Source: Azolla caroliniana (taxonomy: Eukaryota > Plantae > Polypodiophyta). From it: 64,000 nucleotides of DNA. The notes under the pieces are model-generated. The model was not told the DNA's origin and searched no databases. It saw only the letters and a list, made by a program, of their open reading frames with translations. Where the stretch lies: NCBI GenBank assembly GCA_043228905.1, contig JBHGNT010000007.1, forward strand, positions 4,154,001-4,218,000. Reading direction: 5' to 3'. The translations under genes were made by a program, and so were the position numbers. Of the stretch, positions 45,581 through 58,800 are shown one piece after another. Numbering within the stretch: the first letter of the stretch is position 1; each line of letters begins with the position of its first letter.

Positions 45581-47528
45581 GAAAGGTCGAGAAGGAGAAA
45601 AGACAAAGGCAAGTGAAGATGGCGGGTGGGGTCGTAGCGTAATGAAGAGGAGTAACAGTCGTAACGTAGGGAGTCAGGGACAACCGAAGCGTAACTAATA
45701 TTTTAAGGAAAAGTAATGGTTCACGCATCGAGCGTAACCACTCATGAACCTGTATATAAAGGTCATGGAAAACTTGTAATAGCTAGCGATAATTTTGTAT
45801 TCAACATCTGCAATATAGTTTTTGTTTGCCTGACTCTCTATGTTGTCGTAACTCCTTGTATTTGTTCATGTCAAGTTCATTTTCTATGTTGAGTCATACA
45901 CGATGTGTACACCATTGCGTAAGAAGTCAGTTGTAGCCATCTCCCTAATCTCCACAGTCTCCATGATTAAGTTAACACTTACGAGCTCAGTGTGTAGTCG
46001 CCCATATCACGGTTACGACGTACTCCCCCATTCTTGAACCACAACAACCCTTCAGCCGAACCCCGAAGGACTGAGGATTCGACGCAGTATCACCTTAACT
46101 AGTAACAACTTTACTCCAAGTATCACAAATTTCAACCATACGTAGATAGTAGAGACATTACCACAAATAAAACTATTGAGTATGTGCATCTTACTTCAAG
46201 GGCCACCAACTTTGTAACTCGTGCATCCTAAATGCAATGAATAAGGTATTGACATATTGCATTCCTGATATCACCATACCTTTATGGATAACATTTTAGT
46301 TAAAGAATGTTTGAACGAGAAGAAAGATGGAATTGTGGGGATGGACAAGTGCACACACTGTGTGTCTAATCATATTGCTAACTATAAGAATACATAAATT
46401 AGAAGATACTCACACGGCACTCTCATGAGAAAAGTTTGCCTACAATTAGAGATATTGGAGGTGGGATACCTTTGTGCTATGTATAGTTGGAATCCTTCTC
46501 TTGGGAAGGTGAACGTCATATCACACGATGGAGGTATGTGAAATGAACACAGAAATGAGGCAATTCTTGAGAGCATGTGCATTTTCCCACACTTGGAGCC
46601 CACACTATGCCCATGTTTTCATGTCCTTGTATGGAATATTGAAGAAGGGAAGAAGACTTAAATGGGGAAAAGAGCATGGATGCAAAGATTGAAGGAGTTA
46701 CTCCTTGAAGCACCAACACAACAAAAACCTAATGTATAGACATAGATCCCATCTTTATTATAGTACAGGCAAGTCCAATTGAAATCAATTGGACTATAAA
46801 TCAAAATAATGGAAATGGGATCATCGTATAATCTAGTTTGGAGTCAAAGTCCTTGGACAAAGGCAACAAACTTATCACCAAGTGAAGAGAGAGTTGTGGG
46901 ACAATTTGTCAACAATCAAGACGGACCAAGATTATCTTATTGGGGTAGAGGTAATCATCTAGACACATTGCCTAACTATTTTTGGAATAATATTTGGACA
47001 TTCAACGCATGATATTAAAATGTTGAGGTGGATAACTTGTATTAAGTCACTTCACCTGAAATTTTGACACATTGTTGGAAAACATCATGCCATAACAAGC
47101 ATGCTCTCAAGAGCTAGATATAGCGAAGAAGATTGAATGTGATCGAGAGAGAAAGACATTGATCTCGACTTTTTTATGTCGGTGCTCTCAATTGTTGGAA
47201 TGGTGCAAACACATGACCCCCTCTTGTATAAAACGTTTATTAAAATATATTACAATTTATTAGCTTCTAATTAGGAGTGTTGTTATCATTAGAAGCCCCC
47301 CCCTTTTATTTCTTGATACTTTATTTCCATTGGTGTGTAATTCTTTCTCTCTAACACCACCGCAATAAATATTGGGTATCAATTCAATCGTATCTACATC
47401 ATGACAATAAGAACATAAAAGTTGTTCCTTGCCCTACTTCTGTTCTAGAGGTATGTAAAAAAAATGTCTCTCTTTATATACACACTACACAACGTCTACA
47501 TCATATGCCAATCCTCATCCTTAAGATG

Positions 47529-50500
47529 TTATATATTATGTGATCGGCCATTCTCTTGAATCAACACATTATTTTGTTGCACTGTCTCATAGGCTTTTGA
47601 AGCATCTCTAGCAAAATTGGCCATTGCATTGAAAATCAAAGGTAAATGTTCTTTGATACTCAACAGAGTTTGCTCCCTCCATTCTTGCACTACCTGTAAA
47701 TGCTTATGTTGATCAATATCAGTTCTTTCATTACTAGACATCATATAGTTCTTCTCTAATCTTCTCAACGACCTTTCAGCATACTTCTTCATACTCAAAT
47801 CATCTTGTCGATCTCCCTCTGAAGAATGCAATATTGCCGAAAAGTTTATAATAGCAGCAATAGCTTCGTCTCTAGACTCGAGATATTGAAGAGAATTACG
47901 CCAACTAGACAAGAGGTGGAAGAGTTGAGGTTGATCGTCGCTATTATCATTTGAAACGATAGAACCAGTTTCCGACCAACATTTCCACAACCATGTATAC
48001 AAGGTATCAATATAAGTCCTTTGTGATTTGATCCAAAGCCGGAAGTGGGTATTCCAATTGTCAAGCTCATGTTTAAGGCGATTGTTTGCACTTATATGAG
48101 CTACACTAGCCTCATAACCGATGACCGAGTTCTCTATGATTCTCATCTCCAATGCAATGGCTCTTTGTGCATTATGACACTTCGCCATGACCTTCCACAT
48201 TTTCATTAACCTACCATCCAATTAGATCATCAAATTAAAAATTGAATGCTTTAAATCATTTGATCTTGTAGAAACCCTACATGTATAGAAAATGTTAGGC
48301 TAAAAGTTTCTCCTTTCCAATTACAATATTTAGCTCATTCTTTGGTTGTGTGATTTCATAGAATCTTATAAAAAATCCTACAACCTACCATCCAATTAGA
48401 TCATCAAATTAAAAATTGAACATTTTAAATCATTTGCATAACACCATAGGATCTTGTAGAAATCCTACCCATATAGAAAATGTTAGGCTAAACTTTCAGC
48501 TTTCCAATGACAATATTTAGCTGATTCGTTGGCTGGGTGATTTCATAGAATCTTATCAAAAATCCTATTTGTATAGAAATGTGGGGTTAAACTTCAAACT
48601 TTACGCGACATTTAGCTCAAATTTGGCAAATATTGCTTGTCAATTCCTTAAAATTGTGTGCATTCTAGTGAAGTTTTATGTAACATGTTTGCTTTTTTCC
48701 TTGGCAAATAACAGTAAGTAATCGATTAACATTTGTACATTGTGGGTAAACATTTCAAAGCTCTCGATTGCAGCAAACCACCAATTTTTTCCAAAGAAAC
48801 CTATAAAAGTTAGGATGTTTTGGAAAAAATAGCCCCTGTTATTTCCCATGGAATAGAAGACAATAACATTTCGACGGATTTGCATAAAATGTTGTAAGAT
48901 TCATATATTTTCACGTACTTACCCTCGTGCAAGCGCAACAAACTGTGGATAAAGTTCTTCATTGGTTAGTTTTTGTATCCTGGATGATGCCAATTGAATA
49001 GCTTTAAGTGCCACTTCAAGGCAGTTCTCAAGGTCTCTTAATGTGGCTCTTGTCTTATCAATTGTTTCCCGATCTCCTCCGGTTGCATCAAGGTTGTATA
49101 GTTGGTTCCGTTTCCGGTCGAATGCCATCCGAATAAGCTCTCCGGCCTGTATTTCAAAGACATAATAACAACAATAAAACATACAATGATGATCAGGTGA
49201 AATTACAGCTTTGGAAACCCTAACATATCGGGCTGCTCCTTCACATTGCCACGATAAGTTAGGGTTTCAAAAGTTTGGGCATTCTCTATGAACTTTTTCC
49301 ATCACATATTTTAGCTCTTTTAAAGATGGCACGCACATGTTACGTGTAAAAATTCGAACACTTTTGGTATGGCAGATTTACGTGTGAAACCAACTGTCAA
49401 GAATCCTTCCCTGTAAAACTTTGGCTAAAAATTTCCTAGGAAAACTTGAAATGGAATTCCCTGGTTAAGTAAATAAAGATTGTGTCATACCAGAAGGATT
49501 AAACTAAACTTGCCTTTACTTCCTTGCAGAGCTTTTTCTCCCATGCATGAAGCCGGTCAAGCGTGGAGGCATGGCTCCCAAAAGTCATCCCGCATTCGGA
49601 TTCGGCCACAACGTCTGTCAACATTGTTGTTGTTCTTTGAGACCAATGCATCTTTATCGCATTGAAGACCTTGGACGGTTCTAGAAATCGTAAAGTAATC
49701 AATAAGATTTTAATAACAAGAGGGCAATTCCCTATTCTACACATCAATACCAAGGATGATATGTATACCTTTGAAAAACCATAGTATTAATTGGCACAAA
49801 ATCTCTACATATCAATGAACAAAAAAGAAATGTGCATAAAACCACACCAACACTAGAAAACTCTGTTTCTGACAATCTCAATAAGGATGCTTATATGATG
49901 AAATCAACGCATTTTAAACAAAATCAAACACTAGAAATCTCTAGATTACACATCAATGGAAGAATGATATGGTTTAGGAAAGGATAATATGCATGGATAC
50001 CTGTTAAGTCGATGCCACTCAAGTGATGGACGGCTAACTGTGTCTTGAGCATGTCCGAAACCTCTTTTCCACTTCGGTGTGCCCGCGAAAAATGGGTATG
50101 TATACGCAAAATGGCATCATCAAAATCCCAACCATTCTCGACAGCAACAAAAACCTTCGGGTTTTCCTTGCCCATTATCTCCTCGGGTAGTGCTTTGGCC
50201 GGGGTCATTGTAACATCCTTCTCAATGTTTCCATTAGATTTCTCAGCACCATGGTTGTTAGATTTCTCATTGTTGTTAGATTTGCCCACCATTGCATTCT
50301 CTAGTGACGATGACTCAACTTTATCTTTCCCAATCTCTACTTTAGTAGACTCTTTACCATTACCCGAACCCCGAGTTCTATAAGAATACCCTCGTCCTTG
50401 ATCTCCATTGAGCTCCTCTTCCTCTAATTCTGGGATACCTTCATCTCTTCTCATTCGATCTAGTTCACGACCATTCTCATCTTCATCGTGTTCTTCTACT

Positions 50501-51393
50501 TCTACTTCTTCTTCTTCTTCGTATTCATATTCGTTAGGTGGGTCACTATAAGAGTGCCTCCATCGGCGTCTCCGCCTCCGATTCTCCAATAAGTGATAAG
50601 GAATGGGCGGCGGCTCAAAGATATCAAACAAAAACCATGAAGAATTATAGCTTGGCGGCGGAGAACGGGCAGTTCGTTCATTGTACACATTTCCACCATC
50701 ATACTCAAATCTGTTGTCATTATAATTGCTATTATAATTGTTGTTATCGTTATAGTCTTCATCAGAATTGTTATCAATTCTCGGGGAGTAAAATGGAGGA
50801 GATAAATACTCGCTAACTATGGGAGATGTCGGGCTCGAGAGATGTGCGAATGCCTGTGGGGGCATGGTTTCGGAGGCCGGGGTAGAGACCGGCAATGGTG
50901 GGGATTTGTGTGTGGTCTCTGGGGCCAAGATCGGAATGGCTGGACGAGATTCGATCGGAATAGAAGACTGAGATTCGATCGGAACAGAAGACTGGGGTTC
51001 AATCACGGTTCTGACAACAGAAGAGATCAATGGCGGAGCTTCGCTCTTGTGGCTTAAACCCTTGTTAGCCAATCTAGAAGCTCCCTCCTCTTCTCTAATC
51101 AATTGTCCTTCTGCTTCTCTACCTTCTTCTTGTCCTTCTCCTATTACTCTTTCTTCTCCATCTCTGTCTTCTCCTTCTTCTTCTTCTTCTTCTTCTTCTT
51201 CTTCTTCTTCTTCTTCGTCTCCTCCTTCAGAGAACATTCTCAGGGCTCTGCCGACATTTTTAAGTGTTTGTATGTAAGCTTCATGTGCTATGGTAAAGTC
51301 TTCTCTGCAACCCACTGCTTTCTTAATCAGATTTCTTCGCTCTTTGCACTGTAGAATCACATCAGAATCAAACTTCGAGATGACACAGCCCAT
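47529..51393 (-). CDS. DUF630/DUF632 domain protein (NRG2/APSR1/REL2-like family), 4 exons: 51393-50001, 49680-49514, 49146-48923, 48210-47529; about 821 aa
   Basis: MGC..SK..CKERR..AHEAYIQTLKNVGRAL (DUF630); EGIPELEEE; SHASTLDRLHAWEKKL.KEVK|AGE; ELYPQ..G|LMKMW (DUF632); splice phases 1/0/2 give 2466 nt in frame. Confidence 0.92.
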
Positions 51394-51418
51394 CTCAGAG
51401 ATGGGTTCTCTCTCTAGA

Positions 51419-51420
<2 letters not shown>

Positions 51421-51453
<33 letters not shown>
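51421..51453. repeat. (CT)n microsatellite just upstream of the start codon
   Basis: Direct reading. Confidence 0.95.
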
Positions 51454-51456
<3 letters not shown>

Positions 51457-51558
51457 AAACAGAGCTTTCCTACACAGACAAAGACAAAAGATATCTGATT
51501 AGTTTTTGATTAATCAATTGAAATGAAGAGTTCTTATAATATGTATATGTCTGTATGC

Positions 51559-51560
<2 letters not shown>

Positions 51561-51591
<31 letters not shown>

Positions 51592-51715
51592 TGTATGTAT
51601 GCATGCATGCATCTTTGTATGTATGTATGTATGTATGTATCTTTGTATCTTTGTATCTTTGTATGTATGTATGCATGCATGCATCTTTGCATGTATGTAT
51701 GTATGTATGTATGTA
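51561..51715. repeat. Imperfect (TATG)n microsatellite
   Basis: Direct reading. Confidence 0.9.
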
Positions 51716-52521
51716 GGTGTGTGTCTGTGTGTGTGTGTAGAAGAAGAGAGCAAGAAGGAAAAAAATATGAAAGAAGAGAAAGAGCAGAGTCATCGGGGTG
51801 TGAAACGACACTCCACGGAAGATTGATTGTGATTTATGAGCTAGGGCCCACTCTTCACATAATGTGTTACAGCATTCGTAAACCAGCAACCATTCTTTCC
51901 TCCGAAACCGTAAACATTCAGTATGTCCAACATCACATGCAATTGGTCGGTAACTGTACTAGAGCTTGGCCCCTCCTCCATCCCCCTACACCATCACTCT
52001 TCAAACATTCTATTTGCATAAGTTGTGTCGGTCTATTCTAGATCCAATCTTCTTTTGCAAGCTAATAATATCGCAATCACCTCATACATGCTAGTCCATA
52101 ATCTGCATTGCCGTTGTCCATATGACATGGATCACGTTGTTCTTTGATGTGAGACAAGGGATACATCGAAGTAATAGTCAAGAGGGCTCTCTAACTCTAT
52201 ACACATTCTACTCCAAACATGTTCATGAACCTAAGTATTGCAGTTTACTAGTGCATTGCTTTTGCCTCCTCTTATATCGACCGATCTTGCTTTACTCTAC
52301 ATTTTAAACCTTGACTATTGATCCTGGCACACATTTTTCTCAGAACCACAATGTGCTAACTCTCCATTGTTACATTTACTAGTAAAAATTCTTGAACATC
52401 GAGAGTCACTAACAATCTTTAAAATGTTTCACGTTGGTCCCACATAGGTCATATTTGACCAAATCGATCTCTCTCTCTCCCCCCCTTGTTTTTTCAATAT
52501 CAATCTTCTAGAATATAAAAA

Positions 52522-52523
<2 letters not shown>

Positions 52524-52602
<79 letters not shown>
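52524..52602. repeat. (CT)n microsatellite
   Basis: Direct reading. Confidence 0.95.
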
Positions 52603-52605
<3 letters not shown>

Positions 52606-52819
52606 ATATGTCTTCTTGAGTTGAAGAGAAACTAGCCATCTTCCCCATATGCAATGTTGCAATGTTGCAACTTGCCTTGGAGTCACCTCTTATGCAATTG
52701 CTTGTTGTTTCCGAAAGGAATACATGGCCTAATCGTGGGTCCATGCCTAACCATTCTGGTCATATTAACATTGCAACAACAACGAGAAAATAATGAGGAA
52801 ACTTATCTCTTTTGATCTC

Positions 52820-52821
<2 letters not shown>

Positions 52822-52866
<45 letters not shown>
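52822..52866. repeat. (CT)n microsatellite
   Basis: Direct reading. Confidence 0.95.
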
Positions 52867-52867
<1 letters not shown>

Positions 52868-55800
52868 AAGCATATAAACTATTGATGAAGTGGATATAAA
52901 GTGTTGAACATAAATCAAAGGAAAGTCCAATAAAGTGTAAATCACATGAAGAGGAAGAAAGGTTCCAAGTAAAATTTAGCTATATGGAGTTGAAGATGTC
53001 CATGTGAATGGGGGAAAGAGGGACCTCATAAATGTTTTTGGAGAAAGTTTGTGTTCTTAAACCCTTGAAATAGACATGAAGGAAACAAAATGAAAAGTTA
53101 TGAACAAAATTTTTTCACCTTGTTAATTCATTGATTCATAGCATATGTACACATCGGTGGCAAGTCACGGACAAAGTCATCACTTTTCAATCACAGATGA
53201 TCATACAAAATGCGTGACTTCTTTTGAAAAACTTATTTAAAAGTGTCCCTAAATGGTAGGATTATATCACTTTTGAAATATCTAGAATTTTGTTTATACA
53301 TCTAGAAGCAATTTGTGCACAAATTTCTTAACCTCGAGGTAACATTGCATGGCAATCTTCGAGCAAATACATTTGAAGAAGGTAATCACAACCGAACAAG
53401 GAATGTTTATTGCATTCTGAACATGGAAACAAATTTTGCACCATAAAAAATAGTTGTATTTTGGATACCAAAATCATGACAGTTATCGATCACATGGTTG
53501 TTACATTAACTAAATTACAAACGTTTGTCTATAATCCTATCATCATGCCACATCCTAGAAATGTATAATGTCCAATCCACCTAAAATCTTTGTCGTACAG
53601 TTGTGGTGGTTCACTTCACCACATGAGGATAAAATATAGGTGTGATGTTATAAGAAGGATGTTGATTGATTAAACAAGTGAAGTATGATCATACATATCG
53701 AAAACTATGGTTCAACAACCAACAAAATCATGAATTAAATCATAGTAGGCCAAAACTTAGCCATAGGAAATTCAAATGATAAAGTCTTGAATCTCTGTGA
53801 TGTTTTATGGGATCCATCCCAAGAGCATGAAGGAGAATGACGTGTTAAGAAAGAAGAAAGTAACAATGTACATACTTCATCCGAAGAATGTGAATTGAAT
53901 ATACATAAAAAACAATGCATTTTTATCTCAAATGATTTAACAAAACACTACATATTTTCATGATTATTTTCCCTTATTCTTGCATTACAACGGTTCCCTC
54001 ATTTACCTCTATCTTCACCTTCATATAGTTATGCTTGAGACCGCCATCACCCCTTGATCCTCCATGTTATTGTACTTATCCCCTCAATTGTCACATTGTT
54101 ATAAGAGAGTATTTGGGTTAGAGGTAACCCAAGGAACAATCTCCAAGTTGCAATCTAACTCTAATGTTCTTGATCACAATTATTCCAATGTTCACAAGGA
54201 TGTTAGCCATGATCTAGAGGCAGGGAAGTGCAAACCAACCACACATAGGTGTGTATATGTCTAATATGCAATATAATAAAGGGACAATCATGCATTGTGT
54301 TCACTTTGTCATTTAAAAAGAGGATTGCACGCTTACTAGTTATTGTCTTTCTTTTCGTAGACATGGATTCACATGTATAGGATGAAAAGTGATGGCTCAT
54401 ATACGACGTATTGCTTTCATTGTTTGATTGTAACATTGGTACCAGATAACATTACTATTGGGGAATGTGAATTATATTCAATGACATGGCATGTAAGTTC
54501 TAGCATTACGTTTACATTGCATCATGTATAGGTGAATCACAAAACTAAATATACAATGTTAAAAAAACACATATTCGCAGTTTCATTTTCAACTTCATGA
54601 AAAAGTCAAAATTTTGTGAGATCTATTTTCGTTTCCAATCATCTTCCAAGACTATTGTCTTGTTATATCTACATGTTTGACTTTAACTTAAATTATAAGG
54701 GTTGAAATTTATCAATAGAGTTTTGCCCAAAGACTTTGAAGACTTTATATGTTTGATACATTTCCTTTGTAAGCATAAACAATTTCGTTTTTACCCTTTC
54801 AATTGTCGAGAATGTATAATGCCAATTTCAATATTGTAGAGCCATATTTTTGGAGCATTGTCCATGATCTCAAAGTAAAATTACAATGAGTTTTATCGTA
54901 CACACGACATCAAATTCATTGGCCGAGTGTCTCGAATGCAAAACTTAAAACATTCCAAAGCAATTTAATCATGTTTATGTAACTTGGAGTGTAAACTTGT
55001 AACACTAACCTCATGAAGTATAGTTACTTATATGTAGGGATATCCAAATTCTTTTGTATCAACATGTAATGGAAACACTTTCACCTCATAATGTTGCATG
55101 TAATTTCTTCTTCAATCAATATAGTTAAATATCCATCTAACTTTGAGTCTAAGAGCAATCTTTTTATTAGGCTTAAGAAATCATACATAAGGATAGTTGT
55201 AAAGAGTGTTCGTAAGAACACAATAGATTTTTAGTATTTTAAAGCCATTTCGTTTCCTTACACCTTTTATAGACGACAAGTCTAATTAATGCTTACATAA
55301 TAAGTACTCATGTTTCTCTTAGTTTGAAGTTCTGTGAAAGATAATTATAAGGCAAAACATTGTGTTTTCTTACCACATATGATCTTTTGATAACCAACGA
55401 AGCTACATACACAGCCCTTACAATCAAGCATAACATAGACTTAGGATTTTCATATGAACATTCCATAACATTTAATGTTCTTTGGCTATTCAATGTTTTC
55501 ACCTTTATCAATGTCTCCCTTTGACACATCAACTGGTGTTGAGAATGCAGTTATACTTGTATTAATAAAGTTGATAACAAATCTTTGTTAAAATAGTGTC
55601 TACAAGGGAAAGTAGAAGGCAATATTATTGTGGTCTATAAAGGCAAGGCTTTACTTTAAAATATGGGAACATGAACATTCTATTAAAACATTGGTTTAAT
55701 CATTAGCAAAATATTCGATTTTTCTTAATTTTAAAACATGTTCTTTTTCTTGTTAGTTGTAACTTGTGAACTCATTAGGTATGTATTTGTAATGATGCCA

Positions 55801-58800
55801 TTTGTATTTGATGTTCATGCATTATGAAGTATTGATTAGAAAAAGATCTATATTTACTATTCCTCGTGGTACAATTTTTATGAGATATGCCTAAGTCGCC
55901 CATTTATGTTGTGTTGTCGAATATTGATTGCAATTATAATCTTCAAGATATGGAAGTAATGATTTCTATATTCTTTTTGTTTTGTTGATGATTTCAGGAC
56001 AAGATTGTATCCGAGCCTCATAATTCCATTTAAAAACTTGCGCGTATATATGCACAAAATACATTGTAGGTACAAGCAAGTCATTTAGACATGCACAACT
56101 TAATACACATGTCACACATATATACACAATACTATAGTTCCTTGAATTGGTCTATGCGTAACTTAAAATTATATGATGGTCTTCCATAACCATCTCTAAT
56201 GACATTGGATCGAAAGAATGTAAATATTGCGTACAAGTTTCTTATGTCTTTTTTATTGAAAATGGTGGAGTTCCATTGATATCCACAATTGATTGGACTA
56301 CGATTTATGTGCTTTTTACAATTGAAATAATGAATACTTCTGAAACAATATATCATCTTTGTGTTTTGTACAATTTTATTATACAATAGTCAAAGAAACA
56401 TGGTCGAAGCTTCAAATATTGAAAGTATCCAAGTGAATTAGATTATGACATCGACCTTGGTGTTTTGATGTGGACTAACAAAAGATATACATTATTCATC
56501 TTTATATTGGGTTATTCTTATTCGTAATGCACGCCATAAGTGCATTAAAGAGAGAGCGTGTTAAAGTAGGGGCCAAGCTTGAAAGTTCAAGCATGTTGAG
56601 CCTAAATGAATTAAGTTAATCTTCAAACATAAGCGCACTTGGATGAATGATGAACCTTAGACTTTTGGGGTGACAATGCATCTTCTTTGAGTTTTTAGGA
56701 TTATTTATTGATCACATCTATTAGCTATGGTGAAGGAACAAGTTGTAAATGCATTGAAATTTGTTGCTTATGCTTTTAGAGAGACATTATACCCTCTTTA
56801 AGCCTTTTACGATTATTTATCATAATCTCAACTATAGTCAAAGTGGCATGATTCAAGCTACTAATATTAAAGGCATTTAGTGTACTAGTGATGTTGACTA
56901 TTTGAGATAGGTTAAAGAAAACTATAGGTTGCAAAATGCCATAGTGGTCCTTTTGGGATTGGCGGTTCATTAGTGATATGAGCTTAAAGTGCACCGAAGA
57001 GAAGTATCAATTGGTGTGAAACCAAGCTTGTAGATTTGAACCACCAATCATCTTGGTTTAAAGGGCATCATGAAATTAGGTTTTTGAACGGGGCAGAATG
57101 AAGTGGATGCATATTGATTACTTTCACCTTAGACCACGAGCATTCGATGGAACCGAAATATTAGAGAGTTTGGGAAATCATAGGATATTCTTTCATATCA
57201 ATAGACAACTACGAGTAATCATTGATATTGATGAGCATCTAATTAAGTTGTACCACTTGTATTCATCAATGGGCAAGAGAGAAAGCAAACCTTTTGAGAG
57301 ATCACATATTAATAAGTCACAACCAACATCAAACCTAGTGAGACCACATTTTGAAAATACCAGGGACTTATAGACACTTCACACAAACCCACATCACAAA
57401 GTAGCTAGAGAGGTTTAAACCTCTATATAACTAAGAGACCGAATTTTCATTTGCATTCAACTTTAGACACTATAGTAAAGCTTATCGGTATAACGAGTTC
57501 CACATTGATTGAGTCATGAAACAATGAAAACCCTCATTTTGATTTCAATGGTGTCATTATTTCTTATTGAACTTGCATGAGAATTATTTACGTGCAAGAA
57601 TGTCGCAAAGGCCAAAATCTCTAACTCAAACATGACATTGTACAATGTAAACATTGGCAATGGTTGGAAAGAATCCTCTACCATGCCAAAATGTGACACA
57701 GAGTTAGGTTTTGATACTTTATGTTGTTAACCCTAATTTAGCAAGCTATCAGAAGATAACGAGACTTGAAAGAGCAAGAGAAATATCTCTACTTAATCAA
57801 CTCTAACGCAAACATAAACAAAAGAGAAATACACATTCCCTCAAACAAGATAAAAGAACATCAACATACTAATAAAAGAACCCTAAAATCAGCCATCTTC
57901 CATTCTAAGATCTAAAAGCATGACTAAAGTGTGTGACATCTTCAAAGCACAATCACAATGTGAAACTCCATGGCCTAATTGTTTGTATGTCATCCTTTCA
58001 ATACAATTTCATTAGTGCAATCATGTGCTTGAAACACGTTTTTTGTGTGTTACTTGTCCTCCAAAGCGAGAATAACTTAAGGTCAAATATTTCATGGTTA
58101 GGCATGTGTTTATTGATAAAGTGCAATGTGTAAATTATTATAAGTACCATTGCTAATATTGGGTTGTCAATCTCCCAATGGCTCATCAAAGATATTTAAG
58201 AGCTTTTAGAAACAATGATGATGAAGACATTACTTGCTTAGCCTCGTACACTTCATCCAACATTCAATGTCTAGGAGCGTGATGCATATGGAGAAATCAC
58301 TACTTGATGTGTTGGTGTGGTCAAGCTAAAATGTTGATTGTAAGACAACACAAGAGTAATGTAAACTTCAACCACCACTCTCAAAAGAAGTTGAAATAGA
58401 GTGGAAATTGACTATAGTAGAATTAGAGAAGGACTCAATGATGAATCAACGTAGTAGGAAATCAATTGAGGGAAGTGGTAAAGGAGGAGAGGAGGTGAAA
58501 TTGGTTGCCCCATAACTAAACACTACTAGCATTATGTGAAGGCATGTGAAATGACATGAGGAGGTGAACTCCTCACCATCACATCATCAAAATAAGAGAA
58601 GCTCAAAGGATTTATTAAACCCAAGTAGGGTTTTGGTTAGCAATGTTTTGAATTATTTTGTACCACCACAACCTTGTAATCTTTTTCAACCGTGCAAATA
58701 ATAATTAACCAAATTCTCATATTAATACATTAAGTGCGACTTTTCTAAATAAAAAAAGTATATGATTGATGATTAGGTGAAATCTAGACTAGTCCTATTC

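Noticed and set aside
45581-47000. Possible LTR remnant (TATATAAAGG near 45753) and decayed TE sequence
   Set aside because: No termini, TSD or recognisable domain could be established
51470-52686. ORFs rich in YV/HTYI/RE repeats
   Set aside because: Microsatellite translations
55308-55532. Faint resemblance to Helitron/Pif1 helicase C-terminal motifs (NSQRTL...AVYVASLV)
   Set aside because: Too degenerate to call without an HMM or tBLASTn search
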